From Dicyema japonicum (lineage: Eukaryota; Animalia; Dicyemida), in the NCBI GenBank assembly GCA_011109175.1, contig RDEW01000110.1:1-35834 (forward strand): DNA of 35,834 nt. Direction: 5' to 3'. The notes beneath the pieces were generated by a model that searched no databases, was not told where the DNA came from, and saw only the letters and a list, made by a program, of their open reading frames with translations. A program made the position numbers and the translations under genes. Numbering within the stretch: the first letter of the stretch is position 1; every line of letters begins with the position of its first letter. Below, in pieces: positions 35,622-35,834 of the stretch.

Positions 35622-35834
35622 TTTGGTGCTTTTTTGTATTAACTTAATCAAATGGTGGATGTTTATTTTGATGTTTACTGCTTTAAGCGGGAAATATACA
35701 ACAATGTTACTTTTTGGCGGGCAAATTGATTTATTAGAATTTAGTACACCGCCAGTTAACCTTTCTCCTTGGATGATAGATTTCGATATCCAGGAGTATT
35801 CCCTCAGTTATAAATGCCTCATATAGAACCACCT

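Overview
Compact, AT-rich eukaryotic (animal-type, standard genetic code) scaffold with two N gaps. I can reconstruct eight frame-consistent spliced genes: RAE1, RABEPK-like kelch, CERT1, PIH1D3/DNAAF6, TUBGCP4, a TTF1/DMTF1-like Myb protein, RBMX2 and an ARHGAP32/33-like PX-SH3-RhoGAP. Nearly all introns are 21-30 nt GT-AG with degenerate donors. Together with a motile-cilia gene and metazoan-type proteins, this points (inference) to a dicyemid mesozoan. Intergenic DNA is largely decayed retroelements: APE-type LINEs, RTE-like, Ty3/gypsy and RLE-type (HERO/NeSL-like). Most notable: (1) two dispersed copies of a 63-nt box C/D snoRNA whose D' guide matches the 18S site targeted by SNORD65/snR77, each inside a ~1-kb inverted dispersed block; (2) an in-frame TAG in CERT just before the START domain; (3) strong excess of CACGTG, with at least one site in every gene; (4) three RLE-retroposon 3' ends clustered around PIH1D3/TUBGCP4, one with an open ORF and candidate TSD; (5) a GC-rich island in the one very long CERT intron. 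About a dozen local tandem duplications (93-300 bp) are probably assembly artefacts from merged haplotypes. All homology calls are by eye from recalled family motifs; no searches were run.
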